Shown here in pieces: positions 19,238-28,743 of a stretch of 46,984 bases of DNA. The position numbers and the translations under genes are program-made. Below the pieces are notes generated by a model. The model did not search any database. It saw only the letters and a list, made by a program, of their open reading frames with translations, and had not been told where the DNA came from. Every line of letters begins with the position of its first letter. Position 1 is the first letter of the stretch. The DNA comes from Pseudomonadota bacterium (GTDB taxonomy: Bacteria; Bdellovibrionota; FAC87; UBA2466). Where the stretch lies: the NCBI GenBank assembly GCA_043767805.1, contig JAYUGC010000187.1, positions 1 through 46,984 on the forward strand, written 5' to 3'.

Positions 19238-20005
19238 ATGAATCAAAAAAAACAAATCGTTTTCCGGGCTTTGACGGCGATAACTCTCGTTTTAGCACTC
19301 GCCTCCTGCAACATCTATTCGAAGTTCGGATCGACTGGTTCGGATGAAGGAAAGACGGAAGAGGCTCTCAAGTTTCTCCAGCAGAATCCGCCCGATTACG
19401 ACGGCGCCATCGAGCAGTACTCGGCGCTTTCGGATACCAATGAGAAGAATCGCCACCTTTGTCAGGTGAATCTCGCGCGCGCGGGCCTGACCCTTCCCGT
19501 GCTCATTAATGATCTCGGATCAGGCGGCGGCGATGCAACAGCCATAGGCGATCTAGCGACCGCCATCCTACCCTGGACTCAAGAAAAGCAGACCGCGGTC
19601 GAAGCCGCTGCCGCTCCCTGTGACGCTTACATCGCGGCTGCTCCCACGCTCCAATTTGCGAAGATTCTACAGACGCTCAGCGGGTTGATGGATTGCGCGG
19701 TCCGTTTGGCCAGGACAGATCAATTTGTCGCCCGCAGCAACGGCGATACGACCTGCACCACGGCAGGAAATAACGACGGTGCCGTTACCAGGGCTGACGT
19801 GTCCGATCAAACGAACGGAACAATCACTACCTCAGGAATGTGCACGGCGGACGCCGTAGCCTGTAAAAACCGTATCGTCTCGACGGGCGGGGTAACCAGC
19901 GGTGATACCGACGTTGACGGGCTCGCCGGCCAGCTGACGACTTTGACGGGTTTCGCCACTGGCGACGCAATCCGCAACTTCTTACGCACCAAAGTAGCCC
20001 CGTGA
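19238..20005 (+). CDS. Cys-containing lipoprotein, unknown function
   Basis: Lipobox LAS-C after a hydrophobic stretch; helical N half; several Cys; stop lies next to the following start. Confidence 0.75.
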   Translation: MNQKKQIVFRALTAITLVLALASCNIYSKFGSTGSDEGKTEEALKFLQQNPPDYDGAIEQYSALSDTNEKNRHLCQVNLARAGLTLPVLINDLGSGGGDATAIGDLATAILPWTQEKQTAVEAAAAPCDAYIAAAPTLQFAKILQTLSGLMDCAVRLARTDQFVARSNGDTTCTTAGNNDGAVTRADVSDQTNGTITTSGMCTADAVACKNRIVSTGGVTSGDTDVDGLAGQLTTLTGFATGDAIRNFLRTKVAP

Positions 20006-20013
20006 GCGCCCTT

Positions 20014-21462
20014 ATGAAAAAGTTCTTATTGGTTTGCCTTGGTCTGCTGATGACTCCTCAGGCTTTCGCCTTAAAGGAGTACTACTCGATATCGCGCAGC
20101 ATTCGCGCTCTCGGGATGGGCGGCGCCTTCTACGGCCTTTCAAACGACGAGTCGGCGCTCTTCTACAACCCGGCGGGACTCGCGCACTATATGCGCGGCT
20201 CGCAAGGGATGTTCAGCTTTCAAGGTCAGTTGTCTCAGAATTTCAGCGACGCCATCAAGACCATAACGGATAGCAACGGTAAGGGCATCGATCAGGTCGT
20301 ACTCGATCTGCAAGCCTTTCAGGGAAAGCCGCTGACCGCGGGCGTGACCTTCATGCCCTACTTCCTGAAAAAGCATTTTGCCATCGGCTTGCTGGCTCCC
20401 GACGTGAAAGTGAACGTAGCGGTACTCGGGCGGGATTTCGATACGCGCGTGGACATCGCCGGCGTGGGCGACGCGGGACTCTTTCTCGGTTACGGCAACA
20501 CGTTCTTCGATCCGAACCTTGCCATCGGTTTCACTCTCAAAGGGATGTACCGTGTCGGCGGTTCCAAGCAGTATTCCGTCGTGGACATCATCACTCAGCA
20601 GACCGCGGGTCTCGAGCTGAAGGATCTCGGAGGCGGTGGCGCTGGCGTCGATTTCGATTTGGGCGCGACGTACGACCTTCCTTATAAGCCTTTCAATTCA
20701 AACATCCGGACCTCTCTCACTTTGAACAACCTTCTCGCCACCAATTTCTCGATCGCCCGGCTTTCGGGTGGCGGAGCGCCTCCAGGCCTCCCCCGCATGG
20801 TGACTCTCGCGGGGCTCTGGAGCTTACCTGGCTGGAAAGCTTTCGATCGGTTCGACGTCCTCGTGGATTTCTCCGAGTTTCAGGTGGGCGGAGAGTCCGA
20901 TGCCACCAAGGGATCGCGCACGGGATCCTTCTTCAAGCATTTGAACTGGGGTGTCGAGGCTCCGTTCGGCAACGACTTCTTCGCGCTGCGCGCCGGTTTT
21001 CGCCAAGGTTACATTACCGCCGGCTTCGGTATCACCACTCGCTTCTTGAAACTCGATCTCGCGACTTATGAGGAAGAGCTTTTCGGCAATCCCGGGCAGC
21101 TTGGCGCTCGCCGTTTCGCGTTCCGTCTCGCCTTCGGGATCGGAGGCGCGACGCCGTCGGTGGAACCGCAAGTCGAGCCCAAGGCCGATGAGAAGAAAGA
21201 AGAAGTTAAGGAAGAGAAGCAGGAAGAAAAGCTCGACGAGCTCAAGCCTTCCGTTCCCGTCGAGCCGGCTAAGCCTGAGATCAAGCCGGAAGAGCCGAAG
21301 CCCAAGGCGACTCCGAAGCCCGAGCCGCCCAAGGAATCCAAGCGCAAGCCTCAGTCCGAGACGAAGCTTTCGCCCAAAGACGACGCCGATCGGTTCAACG
21401 TCGATAGCCTCGTCGAGGAATATCCCAAGAGCTATAACTATCCCGAATCCGGAACGCCTTAG
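20014..21462 (+). CDS. Outer-membrane beta-barrel, TraF/PorV/FadL-like, with Pro/Glu/Lys-rich C-terminal tail
   Basis: Signal peptide; RALGMGGA...ALFYNPAGL motif; amphipathic strands such as ALRAGFRQGY and LDLATY. Confidence 0.75.
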   Translation: MKKFLLVCLGLLMTPQAFALKEYYSISRSIRALGMGGAFYGLSNDESALFYNPAGLAHYMRGSQGMFSFQGQLSQNFSDAIKTITDSNGKGIDQVVLDLQAFQGKPLTAGVTFMPYFLKKHFAIGLLAPDVKVNVAVLGRDFDTRVDIAGVGDAGLFLGYGNTFFDPNLAIGFTLKGMYRVGGSKQYSVVDIITQQTAGLELKDLGGGGAGVDFDLGATYDLPYKPFNSNIRTSLTLNNLLATNFSIARLSGGGAPPGLPRMVTLAGLWSLPGWKAFDRFDVLVDFSEFQVGGESDATKGSRTGSFFKHLNWGVEAPFGNDFFALRAGFRQGYITAGFGITTRFLKLDLATYEEELFGNPGQLGARRFAFRLAFGIGGATPSVEPQVEPKADEKKEEVKEEKQEEKLDELKPSVPVEPAKPEIKPEEPKPKATPKPEPPKESKRKPQSETKLSPKDDADRFNVDSLVEEYPKSYNYPESGTP

Positions 21463-21504
21463 ACTCTCGCCCATTAAGTGGCGTCAACTTTCGCCGAGGT
21501 AAGC

Positions 21505-22875
21505 ATGCAATCACTCCATCGTCTCCTTTGGCTCATACTCGCGCTAACCTGCGTGGCTCAAGCTGCGAGCGAGCCCGACTACAAAAAAATAACGGAGAAG
21601 AAGCTCTTCAACGGAGAGACGCTCTATGAGTTTCGCCTGAAGAACGATTTCCGCGTGCTGCTCGTGCCTCGGCACCAGGCCAAGGTCCTGACTTATCAGG
21701 TTTGGTTCAACGTCGGCTCTAACGACGAGAAGCTCGACCAGAAGCTTAAAAAAACGGGCCTCGCCCATCTTTTCGAGCACATGATGTTCCGCGGCTCGAA
21801 AGAGTATCCGGACGGTAAGTTCGACGAGATCACGTCTCGCATCGGCGGCGATAAGCAGAACGCCACTACCTATTACTACCGCACGAATTACTTTGAGAGC
21901 GTCCCGTCCAGCCAGCTCGAGCAGATCATGGAGCTCGAAGCGGATCGGATGAAGAATCTAAATTTGACGACCGAGTCCTTCGAAAAAGAGAAGGGCGCGG
22001 TCGTTGGCGAGCTCCGCCGGGCTCTCGACAATCCCGGCCGAAAGGCCAACGACGATCTCATGCGCCTCATCTATAAGACGGCGCCGTTTCAATACACCGT
22101 TCTGGGCGAAGAGGCCGAGATCAAGGGCTTCACCCTGGAAGAAGCGAAGTACTTCTACAAAACGTACTACGCTCCGAACAACGGCACGCTCATCGTCGTG
22201 GGCGATGTCGATCCCGACCCGCTCATGAAGCTGGTGGTGAAGTACTACGGGGACATGGAAAAACAGGCCGTTCCCCAAGTCGCTTCGGCCGAAGAGCCTA
22301 AGCAAGATAAGGAACGCACTTTCTCCGATACGCATAAGCAGGCCACCAGCGAAATCCTGAATATGGCCTACCGAGTGCCTTCGGTGGAGTCTCCCGAGAC
22401 GATTCCGTTGTCCTTACTCTCGACCCACCTTTCCACCGGCATGGAAGCGCGGTTCAGAAAGTTGCTAGTCGACACGGGCATCGCGGTCTCCGCTTCGGCG
22501 GGGGTCAGCAACGTTCCTGACCTTTTCGAAATTACTGTGCAGCTCGCCGAAAAACGTAAGGCTGAGGACGCGCTCCGGATCATCGATAAGGAGTTCGCGG
22601 CCTTGAAAAAGACGCCGATCTCGAAGAACGAGTTTCTCCGAGCGAAGAATCAGGAGCTGCTCAGTCTCTATAACGGTATCGGGGGCGCATCTGAAATGGC
22701 CAACTGGCTCGGTGAGTACCTGATGATCTCCGGCAACTACATGCGCGGCTTCGAGATCATCGACGGCTATTCCACCCTCAAGCCGTCCGATCTGCAGCGA
22801 GTGGCCAAGACCTATCTCGTGCCCACGAATCGATCCATCGTCATCATCCGTCCCGCCAAGGAGGATAAGTCGTGA
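21505..22875 (+). CDS. M16B zinc peptidase, catalytic subunit
   Basis: GLAHLFEHMMFRGS (HxxEH), NATT, YYAPNN; signal peptide; GAGGT RBS. Confidence 0.92.
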   Translation: MQSLHRLLWLILALTCVAQAASEPDYKKITEKKLFNGETLYEFRLKNDFRVLLVPRHQAKVLTYQVWFNVGSNDEKLDQKLKKTGLAHLFEHMMFRGSKEYPDGKFDEITSRIGGDKQNATTYYYRTNYFESVPSSQLEQIMELEADRMKNLNLTTESFEKEKGAVVGELRRALDNPGRKANDDLMRLIYKTAPFQYTVLGEEAEIKGFTLEEAKYFYKTYYAPNNGTLIVVGDVDPDPLMKLVVKYYGDMEKQAVPQVASAEEPKQDKERTFSDTHKQATSEILNMAYRVPSVESPETIPLSLLSTHLSTGMEARFRKLLVDTGIAVSASAGVSNVPDLFEITVQLAEKRKAEDALRIIDKEFAALKKTPISKNEFLRAKNQELLSLYNGIGGASEMANWLGEYLMISGNYMRGFEIIDGYSTLKPSDLQRVAKTYLVPTNRSIVIIRPAKEDKS

Positions 22876-24254
22876 AAAAATTTATCGCGTCTCTCGCCAT
22901 CTTTTGCGCCTTTACGGTTCGGGCGGCCGAAGAGCAGCCGGTCGTGCTTTTCGAGCACGATCCGACGCTCCTCACCACGACGATCCAGCTGGTCGTCATG
23001 AATGGCTCGGCGGACGATCCGGCCGGTAAAGCCGGGCTCTCGGCCCTCATGGGGGAGATGATCCTGCGCGGCACTCTGAAGCGAAACCGCGGCCAGTTTC
23101 AATCCGAAGTGGAACGGCTCGGCGCCTCGGTGTCCTCCAGCACCGGTTACGACATGACATCGTTTTACGGGGCGGTCATCAAGCAGAACACCAACGCCTT
23201 TCTCGACCTCTTCGAAGAGACCCTCTACCGCCCAGGCTTTCCGAAGACGGAGTTCGAGCCGCTCCGCCAGGAGACGCTCGCCGAAGTCGCCCATTTAAAG
23301 AACAACAACATGCGCCTCGCGGGTCTCGCTCTCCGGCGTGAGTTGCTCGCGGGCACGCCCCTCGAGCACCCGGGATCGGGAACACTGTCTTCGCTGAAAA
23401 AGATCAAGCTTGAAGACGTCATCAAGATGTACAGCACTGACTTCAACCGCAGCAACATGCTCTTCGCGGTGGCGTCTCCCCTGACGGAGGCTGAGCTGAA
23501 ACCCCGTCTGGTGGCGATGTGGAACAAGTTTCCGCCCGGACAGAAAAAGGTTCGCAAGTTCGTGGAGCCGAAGGCGCCCTCGGGAACCCGGCTCGTCATG
23601 GTCCAAAAGCCCAAGACGTCGACCGGCTCGCTCATGTTCGGTCAGCCCGGCATCACCATTCAGGATAACTTGCGCTACACCCTCGGTACCTCGAACTTCA
23701 TGTTCGGCGGAGAGCCTTTGGTGTCTCGCTTGTTCAAGACGATCCGCTCGGAGCTTGGCTGGACTTATTCCATTGGGTCCACGTACCAGGCCATCGGCCA
23801 GCTCATGAACCAAAAGGGATTGTTCGTCATCTCGTCTACCCCTTCCATCGAGTTCACCTCGAAGTCGATGTTCAAGATCCAGAACATGTGGCGGGAGTAC
23901 CTGAAAGACGGGCTTCATAAAGACGAGCTCGATCTCGCTCAAGACAGTCTCGTGAACTCCTATCCTTTCGAGTTCGACGAAGCGAGAAAACGGCTCGCGA
24001 ACCTGGTGCGGAGCCACATCTACGGCGTTCCGATCTTGAGTCCCGACGCCTTCGACAAAGAGATCCGTGGAATCGGCAACTCCCAGATTCAAAAGGGTCT
24101 GGCCGAGAGACAATCCGCCGACAACTGGCTCATCTCGCTCGTCGCGGACAAGGCGATCATCGAAGCGCAGCTCGCGGAAGAGCAAAAAGACATCCCCGCG
24201 GAAAAGCGCCTGAAGATCTCCAAGGTCTACACGCCGGAAGAGCTCATCCAGTAA
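22872..24254 (+). CDS. M16B peptidase, non-catalytic partner subunit
   Basis: M16-like sequence without HxxEH (ALMGEM); SRLFKTIRSELGWTY (R/Y pair); overlaps the upstream stop. Confidence 0.85.
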   Translation: MKKFIASLAIFCAFTVRAAEEQPVVLFEHDPTLLTTTIQLVVMNGSADDPAGKAGLSALMGEMILRGTLKRNRGQFQSEVERLGASVSSSTGYDMTSFYGAVIKQNTNAFLDLFEETLYRPGFPKTEFEPLRQETLAEVAHLKNNNMRLAGLALRRELLAGTPLEHPGSGTLSSLKKIKLEDVIKMYSTDFNRSNMLFAVASPLTEAELKPRLVAMWNKFPPGQKKVRKFVEPKAPSGTRLVMVQKPKTSTGSLMFGQPGITIQDNLRYTLGTSNFMFGGEPLVSRLFKTIRSELGWTYSIGSTYQAIGQLMNQKGLFVISSTPSIEFTSKSMFKIQNMWREYLKDGLHKDELDLAQDSLVNSYPFEFDEARKRLANLVRSHIYGVPILSPDAFDKEIRGIGNSQIQKGLAERQSADNWLISLVADKAIIEAQLAEEQKDIPAEKRLKISKVYTPEELIQ

Positions 24255-24277
24255 TCTTAAAAGGTACCTTTTAAGAT
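24254..24277. repeat. Perfect 24-bp palindrome ATCTTAAAAGGTACCTTTTAAGAT
   Basis: The sequence equals its own reverse complement; it starts at the last base of the M16 stop codon. Confidence 0.9.
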
Positions 24278-24348
24278 GGCGGGGCCTGAGCGTGGGACGG
24301 GTGTGTGCCAATTTTTGGCACCGCTCCCTCATCCGTGCCTGGCTAGGC

Positions 24349-24364
24349 TGGCATTGGCCTTGCT
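24349..24364 (+). promoter_or_regulatory. Sigma54 (-24/-12) promoter candidate
   Basis: TGGCAT-TGGCC-TTGCT (GG-N10-GC), 30 bp upstream of ATG 24394. Confidence 0.6.
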
Positions 24365-24393
24365 AAATCAGCCCCCGAGTTGGGGTGTGGTGC

Positions 24394-24996
24394 ATGGGCC
24401 GTTCAAAACTGATTCGAATCCTAATTGGTTGTTTCGGTTTCCTGGCTCTTTTAGCCTTGGCTCCTCTCGATACCCAGTTCGGTGGTGAGTTCACCGTGCG
24501 CGAGCGCAATGATGGCGTGGGCGAGCGCCGTTTCATTCTCTTCTCTCCGGAGAAAACCATCGCGAGCGCCATCTGCCGCAAGGAGGGAGACTCCCAAATC
24601 TTCGAAGTGAGAGACGGGCAGGGCGCGTCCTATATCGTCTCCCGGCTCCGTAAGCGCCCGTGGGGCTCGGAGCTCTTCGTCAACGACGCCAAGGGCAAGC
24701 GCATCGGTCACCTCAAAGAAAAGATTCAGATTGGTCTCGTGCGCGATCGCGCGGTCTGGGAAGTGCGCGACGCCACCGGACAGCTCCTCGCTTTAACCAC
24801 GCCTCAGGACACGCTTTCGACCGAATGGTCCGTCAGCGATAACCGGGACGGCAACCGTCTCGATCTCTCCCGGCCGGGCGTTTCGTTAAGTGACTACTGG
24901 AAGGTGAAGCTTTCGACGAAGCTTACCTGGGATCGCCGTTTCGTTTTCGCCCTTGCTCTTTACCGCCTTGCTTCCGACGCCGAGCGCCGCCGTTAA
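24394..24996 (+). CDS. LURP-one/scramblase (Tubby C-terminal-like) family exported protein
   Basis: N-terminal hydrophobic segment; repeated beta-hairpin motifs (FEVRDGQG, FVNDAKGKRIG, EVRDATGQLL); terminal helix DRRFVFALAL. Confidence 0.6.
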   Translation: MGRSKLIRILIGCFGFLALLALAPLDTQFGGEFTVRERNDGVGERRFILFSPEKTIASAICRKEGDSQIFEVRDGQGASYIVSRLRKRPWGSELFVNDAKGKRIGHLKEKIQIGLVRDRAVWEVRDATGQLLALTTPQDTLSTEWSVSDNRDGNRLDLSRPGVSLSDYWKVKLSTKLTWDRRFVFALALYRLASDAERRR

Positions 24997-25022
24997 ACTA
25001 AATTTCAGGTACGATCTAAGAC

Positions 25023-25412
25023 TTGATGCGGCTTACGGCGACGACCCTTACGTTCTTAATCTCCGTGATGGCGGGGGCCGAGCCCACGCGCCACGTATTC
25101 GTCAATGGCGGGTCCGTGCCTACCGCCAATTACTCCGTACACGAGTCCGATTTGAAAGCGTTTCAAGAAGCTCTCTTCGGTTCGGATTCCCGCTATCTGA
25201 ATGCTTCGGGTCCAGAGAATTACCTGGTCACGGTCGGCGCGACCGGAGAGCTCGAGCGCACCGAGGTCGGATGCCTGCGTCGAGCCTCGCTGACACCACG
25301 TGACTATCCCCCGATCTCCCTCTGGGAGAAGATTTTGTTAAATGAAAAACTGGATGTCTCTCTTGCTCATGGGCACGTCCCTCGCGGGCTCCGCGAATCC
25401 CTACTGGGATGA
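25023..25412 (+). pseudogene. Possible truncated gene for a secreted protein
   Basis: Signal-like N-terminus, then HVFVNGG...NYSVHE; the 3' end overlaps the M64 gene start by about 70 bp and looks non-native. Confidence 0.35.
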
Positions 25413-26691
25413 GTCCGCCGTGCCAAAGGACAAGCCCTTCTCGTTTCCCATCCAGACTCCGGGCCGCCAGGTGAGCGGACGCGAACTTCTAGAGAGAGCC
25501 TCGGAAGTCTTGCGCGTGGACGTCGAATGGATCGCGTCCCGCGAAGAGTTTAAAATTTCGGGCGTCTACATCGAAAACTCGGGAACGGAATCGCTCGTCT
25601 TACGCGCTCCCAAGAAAGATCCTTTGGGCAGCTACCGAGCCACGCTCTTTGACGCCGCTTCCTCGAATGCGATGGCTTACGCCACGGTCGGAACGGGAGC
25701 GGAGTTTCGTAAGCTCGTGCGCGCGATGAGCTTTCGTTTCCCTCGGCCACAAGCGCCCGTCGAGCTGGTACTCGAAGTGGAAAATCCCTCAACCGGAAAA
25801 ACCGAGCTCGCGCTTCGCCAATGGATCGACCCCGCGCCGCTTCCCTATCTCCCCAAGACTCCACCCGCAGATTTCGAGATTCGCGAGCTGAAGATGGCCG
25901 TGGCTCGGCCCGCGCTCGCCGTCAACCTCTACGCAGACGGCTACACGGTCGCGCGCAAGGTGCAGTTCTTCAAGGATGCCCAGCGAGCGGTCGACATGCT
26001 GAAGCAAAATGCGTTTCCTCTCTTCGATAGCATGGATTTCCACGCGGTCTTCGGAGCTAGCAATCAAACGCTTGGCGCCGCCCAGAACTTAGGGCTCCCG
26101 GTCGCGGAAAGAAACTCGTTCCTCGGTCTCTACTTCCCTTATTGGAACAACTTCGGCCGCTGGTACCACGTCGTTTACCCGACGAGAGAAAAGAAATTTA
26201 GAGATAACCTTGGTCTCGTTCCCTACGACTATCCCATCGTGCTTTTGGATAGCGCCGAGTATTGGGGAGTTGGCAACTACAACGAGCTCACGGCGATTCC
26301 GGCGGGGCAAGCGTCGTTTACCTACTTGCTCCTGCACGAGTTCGGGCACTTCTTCGGCTTGAATGAAGAGTACGAAGGCGGAGGTCAGACGGAACTCCAA
26401 TTCGCGAGAGGCATTGCCGAACCTTGGTCGCAAAACATCACTTTTCTCGCCGATACTTCGCAGCTGAAATGGAAAGCCTTGGCGACTCAAGGGGTTTCCA
26501 TTCCGACCTCCGCCGGCTCCTGGACCGGCGCCGGTCCCTACGGCGCTTACCGCGGAGGCTACGCCGACTCCGAGCCGCAAGGGACGAGCCATAAGCCTGG
26601 TTATAAATGCACCATGGACAGCGGGGCGAAATTTTGTCCGATATGCGTCAACGCCCTAAAAGCGAAACTGACGGCTGATCTCGGCCGCTGA
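25342..26691 (+). CDS. M64 family (IgA peptidase-like) secreted metallopeptidase
   Basis: Signal peptide; ADGYT, HEFGHFFGLNEEY, C-terminal CTM...FCPIC. Confidence 0.88.
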   Translation: MKNWMSLLLMGTSLAGSANPYWDESAVPKDKPFSFPIQTPGRQVSGRELLERASEVLRVDVEWIASREEFKISGVYIENSGTESLVLRAPKKDPLGSYRATLFDAASSNAMAYATVGTGAEFRKLVRAMSFRFPRPQAPVELVLEVENPSTGKTELALRQWIDPAPLPYLPKTPPADFEIRELKMAVARPALAVNLYADGYTVARKVQFFKDAQRAVDMLKQNAFPLFDSMDFHAVFGASNQTLGAAQNLGLPVAERNSFLGLYFPYWNNFGRWYHVVYPTREKKFRDNLGLVPYDYPIVLLDSAEYWGVGNYNELTAIPAGQASFTYLLLHEFGHFFGLNEEYEGGGQTELQFARGIAEPWSQNITFLADTSQLKWKALATQGVSIPTSAGSWTGAGPYGAYRGGYADSEPQGTSHKPGYKCTMDSGAKFCPICVNALKAKLTADLGR

Positions 26692-26733
26692 GCTAACTAC
26701 TGAACGTTAGAGCCGCCGCGACGGTGACGCTTC

Positions 26734-27495
26734 TCATCCCAGTTCTAGGATCTGCCGTTTCAAGCCCGGCGCGCAGGTGATGAAGCTCGTCTCGCGCAGG
26801 TCTTCCGTACCGTCGAAAGAGAACCAGTCTCCGCCGGCCTCTTCGACGAGGCACGCGATGGGAGCGATATCCCAGATAGACACGAGAGGATCGATCATCG
26901 CGTCCATGGCCCCGCGCAAGACGAGGGCATGACCGAAACAATCCGTGTAACTGCGAGCCGTGTGCGATTTTTCCTGGAGCGCCGCCATCACTTTCAGTTT
27001 GCCGGCATTCTCAAAAGCATCCACGTCGCCGTAGCCCAGGAACGCCGACTCGAGCGTCGCCGTCGGAGAAACGTGTAACTGGTGCCCGTTGCAGAAAGTG
27101 CCCGTGCCCTCGGCGGCGAAATAAGTTTCGTCGAGAGCGGGAAGTACCATGGTTCCGAGCACCGGCCGTCCTTTGTGGAGTAAGCCCACCAGGGTGCCGA
27201 AGAGCGGGATGCCGCGGATGAAGCTGCGGGTGCCGTCGATAGGATCGATGGTCCAAACCAGGTCGCTCTTTCGGGAAACTTCGCCGAACTCTTCGCCGAG
27301 AATTCCCATTTCAGGAAATCGTTTTTCCAGCTCGCTCCGGATGTACTCTTCGGTCTTCTTGTCCGCCACCGTGACCGGAGTCATGTTCTCCTTCATCTCG
27401 ATGAGGATCGGCTGCCGAAAATACTGGAGCGCGATACGAGACGCATTTTCCGCGATGTGAACGACTTCTTGGACGAGCTCAGCGTAAGCAGACAT
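26734..27495 (-). CDS. hisN: Histidinol-phosphatase / inositol monophosphatase family
   Basis: TPVTVAD, GEEFG, WTIDPIDGTRSF, WDIAP...EEAGG. Confidence 0.8.
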   Translation of the reverse strand: MSAYAELVQEVVHIAENASRIALQYFRQPILIEMKENMTPVTVADKKTEEYIRSELEKRFPEMGILGEEFGEVSRKSDLVWTIDPIDGTRSFIRGIPLFGTLVGLLHKGRPVLGTMVLPALDETYFAAEGTGTFCNGHQLHVSPTATLESAFLGYGDVDAFENAGKLKVMAALQEKSHTARSYTDCFGHALVLRGAMDAMIDPLVSIWDIAPIACLVEEAGGDWFSFDGTEDLRETSFITCAPGLKRQILELG

Positions 27496-27573
27496 GGGGC
27501 TAATTCTCGCCGGAACGAAACCGCCCGGCAAGCTTGTCGCGTAGTAGTCCCCCATGGGGACGAAGACGGAGGA

Positions 27574-28599
27574 TTAGTGACCTTCGGGATGCACCAGGTA
27601 GGCGTCGCCCTTGTAATAATAATTGTCGTAGGCTTTATGGTGCGCCGTCCAACGGGAGTCGTTGGACTCGCCTTCCATCAGCGTCTGGATGCTGTTGATC
27701 TTGGAGTCCATGTCATCCAGCTGGCTCAGAATCTGGGCTTCGAGAGTTTGGGGCCGTTTCGGCGACCCGTACTCGAGCCTGCCGTGGTGGCTCAGGATGA
27801 TGTGCTTCAACTGATATTCGAGCTCTTTCGGGAAGTCAGGAATGCAGAGAATCTTGCGGTCCACGAGCTGCACGCCGATGGTGATATGTCCGACGAGCTT
27901 GCCTTCGTCCGTGTAGCCGAAGCCGCCGTTATAAGAGAGCTCGTAAATTTTGCCGAAATCGTGGAAGGCCGCGCCGAAAATCAAGATCGAGCGATCGAGA
28001 TTCTCGTAGAGCGGAAGAATGGAGTCGACGAGCTTGATGAGTTGCAGCGAGTGTACGAGCAGGCCGCCCAAGAAAGCGTGGTGAATGGTTTTCGCGGCGG
28101 GGCAAACTTTGTAACGGGCCGCGATGTCGGCGTCGTTCAAGAGCGCCAGACCCAAGTCCCGTACCCAGGGGTTATCGAGATTCTCGAAGATGGAAAGCAG
28201 CTCGGTGAACTTGTCTTCTAGGTTCTCGGCCGATCGGGGAAGGTAAGACAGAGGGTCCACTTCCGAGGGGGGAACCGGAACGATGTGGCTCACCACCATC
28301 TGCATGCGGTTCTGGAAAACATGGGTTTTGGCCGAGACGGCGACGATGTCGCCCTCCTGAAAAAGCTGGCCCACGGTTTCGACGTCGTTCCAAATCCGGG
28401 TGTCCATAACGCCCGTGGAGTCCGACAACATGAGGCTCAGGTACGGCTTCCCGTTCTTGGACATCGGCATCGATTTGCTCTGCACCAGGAAGGTGGAGCG
28501 GACGACGTCGTTTCCTTTCAAATCCTTGATAAAAATGCACTTTTCCGAAGCTGCGGATTTACCGGGGAAGGCCGTGCGTACGTTGTCTGGGATTTCCAT
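27574..28599 (-). CDS. yhaM: 3'-5' exoribonuclease YhaM family (OB-fold + HD)
   Basis: GKPYL..LSD.TG, PAAKTIHHAFLGGLLVH, HDFGK, SHHGRLEYGSP. Confidence 0.9.
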   Translation of the reverse strand: MEIPDNVRTAFPGKSAASEKCIFIKDLKGNDVVRSTFLVQSKSMPMSKNGKPYLSLMLSDSTGVMDTRIWNDVETVGQLFQEGDIVAVSAKTHVFQNRMQMVVSHIVPVPPSEVDPLSYLPRSAENLEDKFTELLSIFENLDNPWVRDLGLALLNDADIAARYKVCPAAKTIHHAFLGGLLVHSLQLIKLVDSILPLYENLDRSILIFGAAFHDFGKIYELSYNGGFGYTDEGKLVGHITIGVQLVDRKILCIPDFPKELEYQLKHIILSHHGRLEYGSPKRPQTLEAQILSQLDDMDSKINSIQTLMEGESNDSRWTAHHKAYDNYYYKGDAYLVHPEGH

Positions 28600-28743
28600 A
28601 AGAGACGAAGCTTTTAGTCTTTATGGAGCAATTAGTCAATTCACCCCCTCCGGCGGGAGGAATCGGGCCAAGTGTTGGAATCCTCTATTGAAGGTCGGCC
28701 TTCACTGCGGTAATCAAAGGCCACTTAACCGGGAGCTGCAATC

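Noticed and set aside
20014..21462. Conjugative element suggested by the TraF-like barrel
   Set aside because: No relaxase, VirB4 or other tra genes; host-like composition.
23295..24332. Long antisense ORFs (also 2162-3205, 3265-4431, 30278-31177, 43588-44457)
   Set aside because: They lie opposite well-supported genes, which is expected from GC-rich codon bias, and show no motifs.
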